A stretch of DNA of 64,000 bases, from positions 7,783 through 71,782 of the forward strand of contig JAIORP010000100.1 in the NCBI GenBank assembly GCA_021108075.1, in the 5' to 3' direction. Below, one piece after another: positions 48,218-62,000 of the stretch. The position numbers and the translations under genes were made by a program. The notes beneath the pieces were generated by a model that was not told the origin of the DNA, searched no databases, and worked only from the letters and a program-made list of their open reading frames with translations. The DNA is from Candidatus Omnitrophota bacterium (GTDB lineage Bacteria; Omnitrophota; Gorgyraeia; Zapsychrales; Zapsychraceae). The first letter of the stretch is position 1, and each line of letters starts with the position of its first letter.

Positions 48218-49900
48218 ATGAAAAAGAAAATTTGCGAACAAACTTATCACGGGTTCAGAACGCGAGCACAAAGAACAGTTAATTTTTTTATTTTTTTGTT
48301 CGTTTCTATTTGTTTTGTTCCGTTGATGGCAAGGGCCAACAATTTAATCATTGAGGGCTTTGAAGTCGACAGCATCGATACAGCAGCCAACACGATCACA
48401 TATGTTTGCGATGTCTCCTGGGACAACAGTTGGAGGACGACGACAAACAACGATTCCGTCTGGGTTTTTTTGAAATATTCAACCGATGCCGGAGTGAATT
48501 GGGATCATGCCAGCATGTCCTTAAGTGGAACAGACCCAATGGGTTTTGCCCCTCCTGTTGATTTTGAAGTTGTTGTTCCGAATGATGAGAAAGGGTTCTT
48601 TTTGCAACGAACAGATTTAAGTTCAGGCAGTGTGAGCGCGGAAGGTGTCAAGTTTGTGTGGGACTATGCCCAGGACGGATTATCTGATGATGAGGCAACG
48701 GCTTCGAATACGATTAACAAAATTTTTGGAATTGAAATGGTTTACATCCCTGAGGGGTCTTTTAGCGCGGGAGATAGCAGCAGTTCTTCGGAGTATCCCT
48801 TTAAACAAGGTTCCGCTGATAGTGACCCTTGGTATATCCAGGGCGAGGAATCGATTACAACAGCAAATGTGGTCAGCGATGGATATTATTACCAGAGTGC
48901 CGGCGTGACGGGCGAGAATGCCAGTGGGGATGTCTTTCTTATTTCAACATCATTTCCCAAGGGGTACCGGTCTTTTTACATAATGAAATATGAGTTAACA
49001 GAAGGTCAATGGACAAGTTTTTTTAATTCTTTGAGCCATGCGGCAAAAACAAACCGTGACATAACGGGTTTTCAGGAAGGCGGAAAGAATTCTGACAGCG
49101 TCGTGGATAGAAATACGATAAGTTGGGATCATGTGGACGTCAAATCTATCGCGACCACACAAAGGCCGGATCGGCCGGTAACATACATTTCCTGGACCGA
49201 CCTGATGGCTTATGCCGATTGGGCAGGCTTACGGCCGATGACCGAATTGGAATATGAAAAAGCCGCTCGTGGCGTTGATATTTCTGCTGTGCCGAATGAG
49301 TTCGCCTGGGGCACGGCATCGTATAACACCGCGGAATCATCAGAGATATATCCAAATGGCGATGAAGATGGAACGGAACAGATTTTTGATGGAGCTGCAA
49401 ACATCAACAGAAACAGTTTAGGCTGGACTTCCGGTGATGGCCGCGCGGGAGGTATTGCTGTGGGGCAGAAAGGTCCTGTGCGCGCGGGTATTTTTGCTGA
49501 AAGTTCAACAAACAGGGAAACGAGTGGCGCTTCTTTCTATGGTGTGATGGAGTTGTCCGGGAATTTATACGAAATGTGCGTTACCGTCGGGAGAATAGAA
49601 GGACGCCAATATTTAGGCACACATGGAGACGGCCGGTTGTCATCGGTTTCCGGTTATGAGGGAAACGCAACAAATACGGATTGGCCGGGTATCAATACAT
49701 CCGATTCCGCAAGAGGAATCACCGGAACTCTCGGGTCAGGTTATAGAGGCGGGGATTTCCAATCGGTGAGTTCATTGCATTTTCAAGTTTCAAATCGAAC
49801 ATTAGCAGTAAGGGATGCCGATACAGGAGGTTTTCAGGAGCGGTATGACGCAACTGCCGGAGTTTATCAAGGAGGTCGATTGGTCCGAACAGCACCGTAA
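48218..49900 (+). CDS. Secreted FGE-sulfatase/SUMF1-domain protein, paralog 2
   Basis: Signal peptide. SWDNSWRT motif. VTYISWTDLMAYADWAGLRPMTELEYEKAARG and YGVMELSGNLYE motifs. Same domain order as paralog 1. Confidence 0.6.
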   Translation: MKKKICEQTYHGFRTRAQRTVNFFIFLFVSICFVPLMARANNLIIEGFEVDSIDTAANTITYVCDVSWDNSWRTTTNNDSVWVFLKYSTDAGVNWDHASMSLSGTDPMGFAPPVDFEVVVPNDEKGFFLQRTDLSSGSVSAEGVKFVWDYAQDGLSDDEATASNTINKIFGIEMVYIPEGSFSAGDSSSSSEYPFKQGSADSDPWYIQGEESITTANVVSDGYYYQSAGVTGENASGDVFLISTSFPKGYRSFYIMKYELTEGQWTSFFNSLSHAAKTNRDITGFQEGGKNSDSVVDRNTISWDHVDVKSIATTQRPDRPVTYISWTDLMAYADWAGLRPMTELEYEKAARGVDISAVPNEFAWGTASYNTAESSEIYPNGDEDGTEQIFDGAANINRNSLGWTSGDGRAGGIAVGQKGPVRAGIFAESSTNRETSGASFYGVMELSGNLYEMCVTVGRIEGRQYLGTHGDGRLSSVSGYEGNATNTDWPGINTSDSARGITGTLGSGYRGGDFQSVSSLHFQVSNRTLAVRDADTGGFQERYDATAGVYQGGRLVRTAP

Positions 49901-50013
49901 GGCTGTGTTTCAATGATCAGCATGTTGTTTTTTCTTGGCGAAATTACTAAGGAAAGAGCCGAGAGTCATCGCCTGATAGATAAAAAAGCTAGGCGACAAA
50001 CGAACAAACTTGA

Positions 50014-53000
50014 ATGAGAAAAGATAAAAAATCAAAATTACAATATATAATACATAGCAGCTTAAGATCTGTTATGATATTTATTTTCTTGTTCGCCCAA
50101 TTACCCGCACCTGTTTTTGCGCAATACACAGGTGGGAGCTATGGGGGTGATGAGGAAAGTTCGCTTGGTAATGATATTTATACAGGTGGATCACAGGATG
50201 ATACCTTTATCGGTCATTCATCTCAAGGGGAGGCTCTGTCTCACGGACAAGCGGCGTATCTTGTTTTCAGTCAAATGCCATCGGAGTCATCTCACCACAA
50301 TTCCTTTGAACGTCAACCCATTGTTGAGATCCGTGACTCGAATAATAATTTCGTTGCTACGGACAATACAACACAGGTCACCATTGAGTTGTTAAGCAAC
50401 CCGGGCAATTCTCAACTGATCGGTACAAAGACAATCTCTGTCCAAGGCGGCCAGGCCCTGTACACGGACTTGCAAATTCCTAAACCCGCTGAAATGTACA
50501 CTCTCATCGCAACTTCTCCAGGTCTAACCTCGGCTATATCCGATGCTTTTAATGTTCAACCCGGATCCAGTCCGCGTATTATCGCTTCTTGGGATGATTC
50601 TGCCAATTCGGGTTCGGGTGGTTACACACTTTTTATCTGGTTAGAAGATAATAGCGCAACAGGCCGCGTTGATCTGGATAACAATGGCGGAAACGCTGAT
50701 GACCGTTGTCAGGTAACGATTTATGATCCTGATGGAACAACCCAGGATTCCACTTTTGATTCTGGCGGTGGCTCGCCGACGCTGACCTTAGACACAAATG
50801 TCGAATGGTTTTATTCTGCGTCGGGCGCCTGGCAACCAGACCTTCAGGATGATTCTTATGTCGCTAATGTGGTTATCACGGAAGACCCGGACGTCGCTAA
50901 TACGGTCTACAGTGCGTATGCTTCTTTAGATGTTATCAAACCCACATTAGAAGACCTGGGGGATGTCAACTGGGATGAGCTTGCTCAAATCAGATCCAAA
51001 ACGCAGACCATCAATTGGGATGATATTACGGCTGTTAAAGCCCAAACGGATACCATCAATTGGGATGATATTGATGTGCTCGTTACGAATGTTGCTGATA
51101 TTAAAGATGTCACGAATCAATTGGATCCGGTCGACTGGGCGAATATTCAATCCATGGCCGATGCCGGTATCAATTGGGATGATCTAAAAATTTTAACTGA
51201 GGCGGGTATCAATTGGGAAGACCTGGATTCCCTGTCAAACATGAACATCAACTGGGATGACATTGATGTCTTGTCTAAGACGGGAATCAATTGGAATGAT
51301 ATTCAAGTGTTAAGTGATGAGGGCATTAACTGGGCTGACATTGACGTCTTAACGGACGCGGGTATCAACTGGTCCGATATTCAAGTTTTATCAGACCTGG
51401 GAGTTAATTGGACGGATTTTGATGCGTTAACCAAGGCCGGATTGAATTGGACGGATTTTGACGTGATGACAAAAGCGGGGATCAATTGGCTTGATATGGC
51501 CGTTATGACAGGTGCGAGCGTCGATTGGGAGGAGTATATCAATTGGAGTGATTTAGCTGTTTTGTCAAAGGCGAATGTCAATTGGGATGATTTAACCGCG
51601 TTGTCCAATGCGAATGTTAATTGGGATGATTGGCAAGTCTTGAGTGAATCCGGGATCAATTGGGATGACCTTGCTTCTATGGCGACGGCAAGTATTAACT
51701 GGTCTGACCTGGACGTGATGTCAGATGCGGGCATTAATTGGTCTGACATTGATGTGTTAAGCGAAGCTGGTGTGAACTGGCTTGACATTGGGGTGTTCAG
51801 TCAGGCGGGTATTAATTGGGCGGATATCGATGTGTTAAGCGACGCGGGTATTAATTGGGAAGATATCGAGGCCATGACCGAAGCGGGTATCAATTGGGCG
51901 GATATCGATGTGTTAAGCGAAGCGGGTATCAATTGGGAAGACATTGAAGCCTTAACAGCGGCGGGCATCAACTGGGAAGATTTTGAATCTTTAACCGAAG
52001 CCGGAATCAATTGGGAAGATGTTGAAGTATTGAGCGAGTCCGGAGTGAATTGGTTGGATATTGGTGAATTGTCAGACGCGGGTATTAATTGGTTGGATAT
52101 TGACGTGATGAGTGATGCGGGTATCAACTGGTCTGATATTGAAACGATGTCGAATGAAGGCGTCAATTGGCAAGATATCAATATACTCAGTGATGCGGGT
52201 GTGAATTGGGAAGATATTGATGCCCTCTCTGAAGCGGGTGTGAATTGGGAAGATATTGAAGCCATGAGTGAAGCGAACGTCAATTGGGCGGATATTGCTG
52301 TTTTGTCGTCGAAGGGAATAAACTGGACTGATGTTGATGTTTTAAGTGACAGCGGCATCAATTGGGAAGACATACGCATATTAAGTGAAGCGGGTATTAA
52401 CTGGGAAGACATTGAGGTCCTGAGTGAAGCGGGCATCAATTGGTCTGATATCGATGTTCTCAGTGGTACGGGTATTAACTGGTCAGATATTGACGTGATG
52501 GCCAGGGTAGGTATTAATTGGCAGGATGTGGATGTTCTCAGTGATGCGGGCATTAATTGGATAGATGTGAACCGGTTGTCTCGGGCAGGCGTGAATTGGG
52601 AAGACATTGACCTTATGTCTGAGGCAGGCGTGAATTGGGAAGACCTTGAGGCATTGAGTGTGGCGGGTATCAATTGGCAGGACATTAATGTTCTTAGTGA
52701 TGCGGGCGTGAATTGGGAAGATATCGAAGTCATGTCGGAGGCGGGCATCAACTGGGAAGATATCGAGGTCTTTAGCGAGGCGGGTATCAATTGGCAGGAC
52801 ATGGATGTTCTTAGTGATTCAGGTATCAATTGGCAAGATATCGGAGTGATGGCAGCAGCGGGTGTCAATTGGGCTGATATCGATGTGTTGAGTGAGGCGG
52901 GTGTGAATTGGGAAGATCTCGAGGCGTTAACAGAAGCGGGCATCAATTGGTCGGACATTGATGTATTGACTGACGCTGGAATTAACTGGGAAGACCTTGA

Positions 53001-56000
53001 AGTCTTGACGGAAGCCGGTGTAAATTGGGAAGATTTAGAATTATTAACAGAAGCAGGTGTTAATTGGCAGGACATTGGAATTCTTAGCGCTGCCGGTATT
53101 AATTGGGAAGATGTTGAGGCCATGAGTGAAGCGGGTGTGAATTGGTCTGATATCGATGTCCTCAGTGATACGGGGATTAACTGGGAAGATATTGAGGCGA
53201 TGACGGAATCCGGTGTGAACTGGTCGGACCTCGACGTGATGAGCGAGGCGGGCATCAATTGGGAAGATATTGAAGCGATGACGGAAGCGGGAATTAACTG
53301 GCAAGATATTGATGTTTTAAGTGACGCCGGAATCAATTGGGAGGATATTGAACTCTTAAGTGAGGCAGGTGTGAATTGGGAAGATCTCGAGGCGTTAACA
53401 GAAGCGGGCATCAATTGGTCGGACATCGATGTGTTGAGCGGTGCGGGTATCAATTGGGAAGATGTCGAAGCTCTGAGTGAAGCGGGCGTCAACTGGCAGG
53501 ATATCGGTATGCTCTCCGACGCGGGCATCAATTGGGAAGACCTCGAAGTCTTAAGTGAGGCGGGCGTCAACTGGCAGGATATCGGTATGCTCTCCGACGC
53601 GGGAATTAATTGGGAAGACGTCGATGTGTTGAGCGGTGCGGGCATCAATTGGGAAGATATCGAAGCTCTGAGTGAAGCGGGCGTCAACTGGCAGGATATC
53701 GGTATGCTTTCCGACGCGGGCATCAATTGGTCGGATATCGATGTGTTGAGCGGTGCGGGCATCAATTGGGAAGACCTTGAAGCGCTAACAGAATCCGGTA
53801 TCAATTGGGAAGACCTGGATGTCATGAGCGGTGCGGGCATCAATTGGGAAGACATTGGGGTGCTGACCGAATCAGGCGTCAATTGGCTGGACGTTGACAT
53901 GATGAGTGACGCGGGCATTAATTGGGAAGATATTGAAGTCTTGACGGAAGCTGGCATTAACTGGACGGACATTGACGTGATGAGTGATGCAGGGGTCAAT
54001 TGGACGGATGTCAACCGCCTGACAAGAGCGGGCGTCAATTGGGAGGATCTTGGCGCTATGTCCTCAACCGGAATCAATTGGACGGATATAAATATGTTGA
54101 GTGAAGCGGGCATCAATTGGCAAGACATTGAGGTTATGACAGAAGCGGGTATCAACTGGTTGGATATTGATGTGTTGAGTGAAGCGGGGATTAACTGGGA
54201 AGACATTGAAGTCTTAAGTGAGGCCGGCATTAATTGGGAAGATATTGATGTGTTGAGTGACGCCGGTATCAATTGGCAAGATATTGATATTTTAAGTGAA
54301 GCCGGTATTAACTGGGAGGATATCGAAGCCTTGACAGAAGCGGGTATCAACTGGCAGGATGTGGGTGTCATGAGTGATGTCGGTGTGAATTGGCAAGATC
54401 TGCGGACGTTAAGTACGGTAGGTGTGAATTGGGAAGACATTGAAGTGATGACGGAAGCGGGCATTAATTGGCAAGACATCGATGTGTTGACTGAAGCTGG
54501 CATTAATTGGGAAGATATTGAATTGATGAGTGACGCGGGCATCAATTGGCAAGACATCGGCATGTTTTCCGACGCGGGTATCAATTGGGAAGATGTCGAA
54601 GTTTTAACCCGATCCGGTATTAACTGGGAAGATATTGAAGTCCTCTCCGAGACAGGCATCAATTGGGCGGACATGGGCGTTCTCAGTGGTTCGGGAATCA
54701 ATTGGGAAGACATTGAAATGATGAGTGAAGCCGGGATCAATTGGTTAGATATTGATATTTTAACCGATGCTGGAATTAACTGGGAAGACCTTGAGGTTAT
54801 GACAGAGGCGGGTGTTAACTGGCAGGATATTGATGCTTTAAGTGAGGCCGGAATCAATTGGGAAGATATTGAATTGATGAGTGAAGCTGGCATCAATTGG
54901 GAAGACATTGAAATGATGAGTGAAGCCGGAATCAACTGGGAAGACCTTGAGATCTTGACGGAAGCCGGAATCAATTGGATCGATATTGACACGATGAGTG
55001 CGTCCGGAATTAATTGGGAAGATGTTGGGACATTGACCGAGGCTGGAATTAATTGGCAGGACATCGGTGTCTTAAGTGACACCGGAATCAATTGGGAAGA
55101 CATCCATGTTATGTCTAAGGCCGGTGTGAATTGGGAAGACATTGAAATGATGAGCGAAGCCGGAATCAATTGGGTGGATATCGATGTCATGTCTGAAACA
55201 GGTATCAACTGGCAGGATATCAATGCTTTGAGCGTCGCAGGTATTAACTGGCAAGATGTTGACCTTCTCTCCGACGCCGGGATTAATTGGGAAGACATTG
55301 AATCCATGTCCGACGCCGGTGTCAATTGGCAAGATATTGGGGTGTTAAGTGATGTCGGTGTTAATTGGGAAGACATTGGGGTGTTAAGTGATGCGGGTGT
55401 CAATTGGGAAGACATTGAGGCCATGACAGAAGCGGGTATCAACTGGCAGGATATCAATGCCCTAACGGTTGCCGGAATCAACTGGCAAGATATAGACGTT
55501 CTCTCCGACTCCGGCGTGAATTGGGAAGATATTGAAGCCATGAGCGAAGCGGGTATCAATTGGACGGATATTGATGCGTTAAGTGAAACGGGAATCAATT
55601 GGGAAGACATTGAAATGATGAGCGAAGCCGGCGTGAATTGGGAAGACATTGAAATTCTTTCTGAAAGTGGAATCAACTGGACGGACATGAATGTGCTTTC
55701 TCTATCGGGTATCAATTGGGAAGATATCGAAGTGATGAGCGACTCCGGCGTGAATTGGGAAGACATTGAAATGATGAGCGAAGCCGGCGTGAATTGGAAT
55801 GATATCGGCATGTTGACTTTATCCGGAGTCAATTGGCAGGATGTTGAAGTGATGACTGAAGCGGGTATCAATTGGTTGGACATAGATATGATGAGTGGCG
55901 CCGGGATTAATTGGGAAGATGTCGAGGCGCTGACGGAGGCCGGTGTTAATTGGTCGGATATCAATATATTGTCTGACGCCGGGATTAATTGGGAAGACAT

Positions 56001-59000
56001 TGAAGTGCTGACAAAGGCCGGGGTCAATTGGGAAGATTTTGAAGCTTTATCAGAGTCAGGTATCAACTGGCAGGATATTGAAGTCTTGACGGAAGCGGGC
56101 ATCAACTGGCAGGATTTAGATGTTATGAGTGGTTCCGGTATTAATTGGGAGGACATTGAGGTCTTAAGCGAAGCCGGTATCAATTGGGAAGACATTGAGA
56201 TGATGAGTGAAGCCGGAGTGAATTGGTTTGACATTGACGCCCTTTCCGACGCTGGTATTAACTGGGAAGATATTGAAGTCCTAACAAAAGCCGGTATCAA
56301 CTGGGAAGATGTTGAAGTCATCAGCGAGACCGGTATCAACTGGGAAGACATTGAGGCCATGACAGAAGCGGGCATCAACTGGCAGGATATAGACATTTTA
56401 AGTGAGGCCGGAGTTAATTGGGAAAACATTGAAGCGATGACGGAAGCGGGAATTAATTGGATTGATATTGATGTGATGAGTGATACGGGCATCAATTGGG
56501 AAGACATTGAAATGATGAGTGAAGCCGGAGTGAATTGGTCTGACATTGACGCCCTCTCCGACGCTGGTATTAACTGGGAAGACATCGAAGTCCTGAGTGA
56601 GGCGGGGATCAATTGGGAAGATGTCGAAGCTCTGAGTGAAGCGGGCGTCAATTGGGAAGACATTGAAGTCCTGAGTGAGGCCGGAATTAATTGGGAAGAC
56701 ATTGAAGTGATGAGTGAAGCGGGTGTGAACTGGGAGGATATTGAAGTCTTGAGTGAAGCGGGAATTAACTGGGAAGACATTGAAGCGATGAGTGAAGCGG
56801 GTATAAATTGGCTGGATATTGATGCCTTAAGTGAAACGGGTGTTAATTGGGAAGACATTGAGGTCATGACGAAAGCGGGAGTGAACTGGACAGATATTGA
56901 TATCCTGAGCGAGGCGGGGATCAATTGGGAAGATGTCGAGGCGATGAGTGAAGCGGGGATTAATTGGGAAGACATTGACATCTTAAGCGAGGCGGGGATC
57001 AATTGGGAAGACGTCGAAGTGCTGACCGAGTCCGGTATCAATTGGCAGGACATTAACATGTTGAGTGGCGCGGGCATCAATTGGGCAGACATCGATGTTC
57101 TAAGTGCTGCCGGCATCAATTGGGAAGATATTGAAGTGATGACGGAATCAGGTATTAATTGGTTGGATATTGAAGCCTTAAGCGCAACCGGCATCAATTG
57201 GCAGGATATTGACGTATTGAGTGAGGCCGGCGTCAATTGGGAAGACATTGAGATCATGACGAGAGCCGGTGTTAATTGGCAAGATATTGATATGCTGAGT
57301 GATGCAGGTATCAATTGGGAAGATATCGAAGTGATGAGCGAGGCCGGGATCAACTGGCTGGATATTGATGTGTTGAGTGAAGCGGGGATCAATTGGGAAG
57401 ATATCGAAGTGATGAGCGAGGCCAGTATCAATTGGGCAGACATCGATGTTTTAAGTGCTGCCGGCATCAATTGGGAAGATATTGAAACCATGAGTGATGC
57501 CGGGATCAATTGGGAAGACATTGAAACCATGAGTGAAGCGGGCATCAACTGGCAGGACATGGATGCCTTGAGTTCAGCCGGGATCAACTGGCAGGACATG
57601 GATGTCTTGAGTTCAGCCGGGATTAACTGGCTAGATATCGAATTGATGAGTGAAGCGGGGATCAACTGGCAGGATATCGATTTATTAAGTGAAGCGGGTA
57701 TCAATTGGGAAAATATTGAAGCGATGACCGAAGCGGGCATCAACTGGCAAGATATTGATATGTTGAGTGAAGCGGGTATCAACTGGGAAGATGTTGAAGT
57801 GATGAGTGCCGCGGGCATCAACTGGGAAGATGTTGAGTCTTTGAGTGAGGCGGGTATTAACTGGGAAGATGTTGAAGTGATGAGTGAAGCGGGCGTGAAC
57901 TGGGAAGATATTGGAGTCTTGAGTGAGGCGGGCGTTAATTGGGAAGACATCGAAGCCTTGAGTGAAGCGGGCATCAACTGGCAGGATATCGAAGTGATGA
58001 GCGAGGCGGGTATCAATTGGAAGGATATTGATGTGCTGAGTGAGGCGGGCATTAATTGGGAAGATATTGAAGTCATGACCGAAGCAGGTATCAATTGGGA
58101 AGATATTGATGTGCTGAGCGCGACGGGCATCAACTGGGAAGATATCAAGGCGTTGAGTGAAGCGGGCGTGAACTGGGAAGACATTGACGCGTTGAGTGAA
58201 GCGGGCATCAACTGGGAAGACATTGACGTGCTGAGTGAAGCGGGCATCAACTGGGAAGACATTGACGTGCTGAGTGAAGCGGGCATCAACTGGGAAGACA
58301 TTGACGTGCTGAGTGAAGCGGGCATCAACTGGGAAGATATTGGAGTCTTGAGTGCCGCGGGTATCAATTGGGAAGACATTGAAGTGATGAGCGAGTCTGG
58401 TGTGAATTGGGCTGATCTCAATACGATGTCTATGGTCGGTGTGAATTGGTCTGATCTCAATTATATGTCGGGAGTAGGCGTTAACTGGGATAACCTGACA
58501 CAATTGACAAATTCAGGCATCAATTGGGATGATATCGGTGCCATGAGCGATGCGGGCATTAATTGGATTGACATTAATGAGATGAGTGAAGCGGGCATCA
58601 ATTGGACAGATATCGACGTCATCAGTGATACGGGCATTAACTGGGAAGATATTGAAGTGCTGAGTGAAGCGGGCGTGAACTGGGAAGATATTGGAGTCTT
58701 GAGTGCCGCGGGCATCAATTGGGAAGACATTGAAGTGATGAGCGAGTCTGGTGTGAATTGGGCTGATCTCAATACGATGTCTATGGTCGGTGTGAATTGG
58801 TCTGATCTCAATTATATGTCGGGAGTAGGCGTTAACTGGGATAACCTGACACAATTGACAAATTCAGGCATCAATTGGGATGATATCGGTGCCATGAGCG
58901 ATGCGGGCATTAATTGGACGAACATCAATGATTTATCAACAGCAGGTATCAACTGGAATGATATTGATGTGATGAGTGATACGGGCATTAACTGGACAGA

Positions 59001-62000
59001 TTTTGGTCAATTATCGACATCCGGCGTTAATTGGAGCGACATCGGTGTGATGAGTGATGCTGGCATTAATTGGGAAGACATCGATGTGATGAGTTCGGCG
59101 GGTATTAATTGGGAAGACATTGAAACCTTAAGCGAAGCGGGTGTAAACTGGTCGGATATCGACATATTGTCGAGTGCGGGCATCAATTGGGAAGACATTG
59201 AGGTTATGACCGAGGCGGGCATCAACTGGTATGATGTTGATGCGCTTTCAGGTGCGGGCATCAATTGGGAAGACATCGAGGTTATGACCGAGGCGGGTAT
59301 TAATTGGGAAGATATCGAGTTTTTGAGTGAATCCGGAATTAACTGGCAAGACATAGATGTGTTAAGCGAAACAGGGATTAACTGGTCGGACATTCAAGCA
59401 TTAACCACCTCCGGTATCAACTGGAAAGACATAGACGTCATGTCAAGTGCGGGCATCAATTGGCAGGACATCGATGTGTTATCTGAATCGAATATTAACT
59501 GGTCTAATATTTATGAGATGTCTTCCAACGGTATCAACTGGAGCGATATCGGTGTCATGAGTACCATCAATATCAATTGGTCTGATTTGCAGGCCTTGTC
59601 GACAGCAAGCATTAACTGGCAGGATATCGATGTGCTGAGTTCGGTCGGCATCAATTGGGAAGATATTGAGGCCATGGCAGGGGCGGGTATCAATTGGCAG
59701 GACATTGATGTTCTTTCTGATTCGGGCATCAATTGGCAAGACATTGACGTGATGAGTGAAGCGGGTGTGAATTGGGCGGATATCGATGTGTTGTCAGGCG
59801 CGGGCATTAATTGGGAAGATATGGAGGCGCTGACCCGGTCCGGTGTTAACTGGCAAGACATTCAGGTTCTCAGTGAAGCGGGTATTAACTGGGAAGACAT
59901 TGAAGCCATGACGGAATCAGGGATTAATTGGCAAGATATTGACGTGATGAGTTCCTCCGCTATTAATTGGAATAATATTTATGATATGACAATTGCTGGT
60001 GTTAATTGGGATGATATCGGGGCTCTTTCTTCCGCCGGTATTAATTGGACAGATATTGATGTTTTATCTGATTCCGGCGTGAACTGGAGCAATATCTATG
60101 AACTTTCCTCGTCTGGAGTCAATTGGACGGATATTGGCGTGATGTCCTCTTCGGGCATCAATTGGAATGATATCGACATGTTAAGTGAGGCGGGCATTAA
60201 TTGGGAAGATATTGAAGCCATGACAGAAGCTGGTATTAATTGGCAGGATATTAACGCCTTCAGCGACGCTGGTATCAATTGGGAAGCCCTTGAAGTCATG
60301 ACGGAAGCCGGTATCAACTGGGAAGACATCGAAGTCCTCAGTGAGGCGGGCATTAACTGGGAAGATATTGAATCCATGACAGAATCCGGTATTAATTGGG
60401 AAGACATTGAAGTGCTGAGTGAGGCGGGTGTGAATTGGTCTGATCTCAATACGATGTCTATGGTCGGTGTGAATTGGTCTGATCTCAATTATATGTCCGG
60501 GGTTGGGGTCAATTGGGAAAATTTGACCGAGTTAACGAATTCTGGCGTGAACTGGAATGATATCGGTGTGATGAGTGACGCGGGAATTAATTGGACGAAT
60601 ATGAATGAACTGTCTACCTCTGGTATCAATTGGGAAGAAATTGATGTCTTAAGTGACGCGGGTGTGAACTGGACGGATATTGAAGTCCTTTCAAAGGCGG
60701 GTGTAAATTGGAGTGATGTTAACGTGCTGAGTTCTGCCGGCGTGAATTGGGAAGATTTTGAAGTGATGACCGGGACCGGAGTTAACTGGGAGGATTTTGA
60801 AGTGATGACGAAGGCTGGTGTGAATTGGTCTGATGTTGATATTTTAAGCGATGCGGGTGTGAATTGGGAAGATATTGAGGTCATGACAGAATCGGGTATC
60901 AACTGGCAGGACATGAATATCCTCAGTGAATCCGGTATTAATTGGGAAGATATTGAGGTTATGACGGACGCCGGTGTGAATTGGTCAGACATTGGCGTTT
61001 TATCGTTAATCGGCATCAACTGGCAAGACATTGATGTGCTGAGTGAAGCCGGTATTAATTGGCAGGACATCAATGTGATGAGTGCTGCTGGCATCAACTG
61101 GCAGGACATCAATGTGATGAGCGATACCGGCATCAATTGGGAAGACATTGAGGCTATGACAAAAGCCGGCGTCAATTGGCAGGATATAGATGTTTTCAGT
61201 TCAGCCGGTATCAACTGGGAAGATATCGAGGCGATGTCAGGTGCGGGCATTAATTGGGAAGACATTGAGGTCTTATCCGAATCCGGCATTAACTGGGAAG
61301 ACATTGAGGTCATGACCGAGGCCGGTGTGAATTGGCAAGACATCAACGCGTTGAGTTTAGCGGGTATCAATTGGGAAGACATCGGTGTCTTAAGTGACGC
61401 GGGAATCAATTGGTCTGACATTGATGTGATGAGCTCGTCGGGAATCAACTGGTCGAATATCAATGACTTAACACAATCCGGCATCAATTGGTCCGACATT
61501 GATGTGATGAGCGATACCGGCATCAATTGGACCAACATCGGCGAATTATCTTCCGCGGGTATCAATTGGGATGACATTGACATCATGAGCGACGCGGGTG
61601 TGAACTGGACAGATATTAATCGGTTGTCAAAAGCCGGTATTAACTGGGAAGACATTAATATATTAAGTGACGCGGGCATTAATTGGGAAGACATTGAAGT
61701 GATGTCAGAAACGGGTATTAATTGGGAAGATATCGAAGTGATGTCGGAATCTGGCATTAATTGGGAAGACATTGAAGTGATGTCAGAAGCCGGTGTGAAC
61801 TGGGAAGACATTGAACTCCTCTCTGAGACGGGCATCAATTGGCTGAATATCGGCGAGCTCTCTTCGTCAGGCGTCAATTGGGAAGATATCGATGTGATGA
61901 GCGGGTCTGGCATCAATTGGGCCGATATCGGCGCGCTTTCTTCGGCCGGAATTAATTGGGAGGATATTAACGTATTTTCGGATACAGGCATTAATTGGGA

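Noticed and set aside
50117-50395. 92-aa + ORF inside the N-terminal part of the giant gene
   Set aside because: It is in a different frame from the long ORF and overlapped by the signal-peptide-bearing frame that continues into the repeats.
51801-58460. 2219-aa minus-strand ORF (and the 930-, 203-, 135-, 130-, 128- and 116-aa minus ORFs) over the repeat array
   Set aside because: These are shadow ORFs of a low-complexity + strand repeat. They are broken every few kb, lack an N-terminal domain or start context, and sit opposite the strand of every other gene. The + frame is open for the full 14 kb and continuous with a signal peptide.
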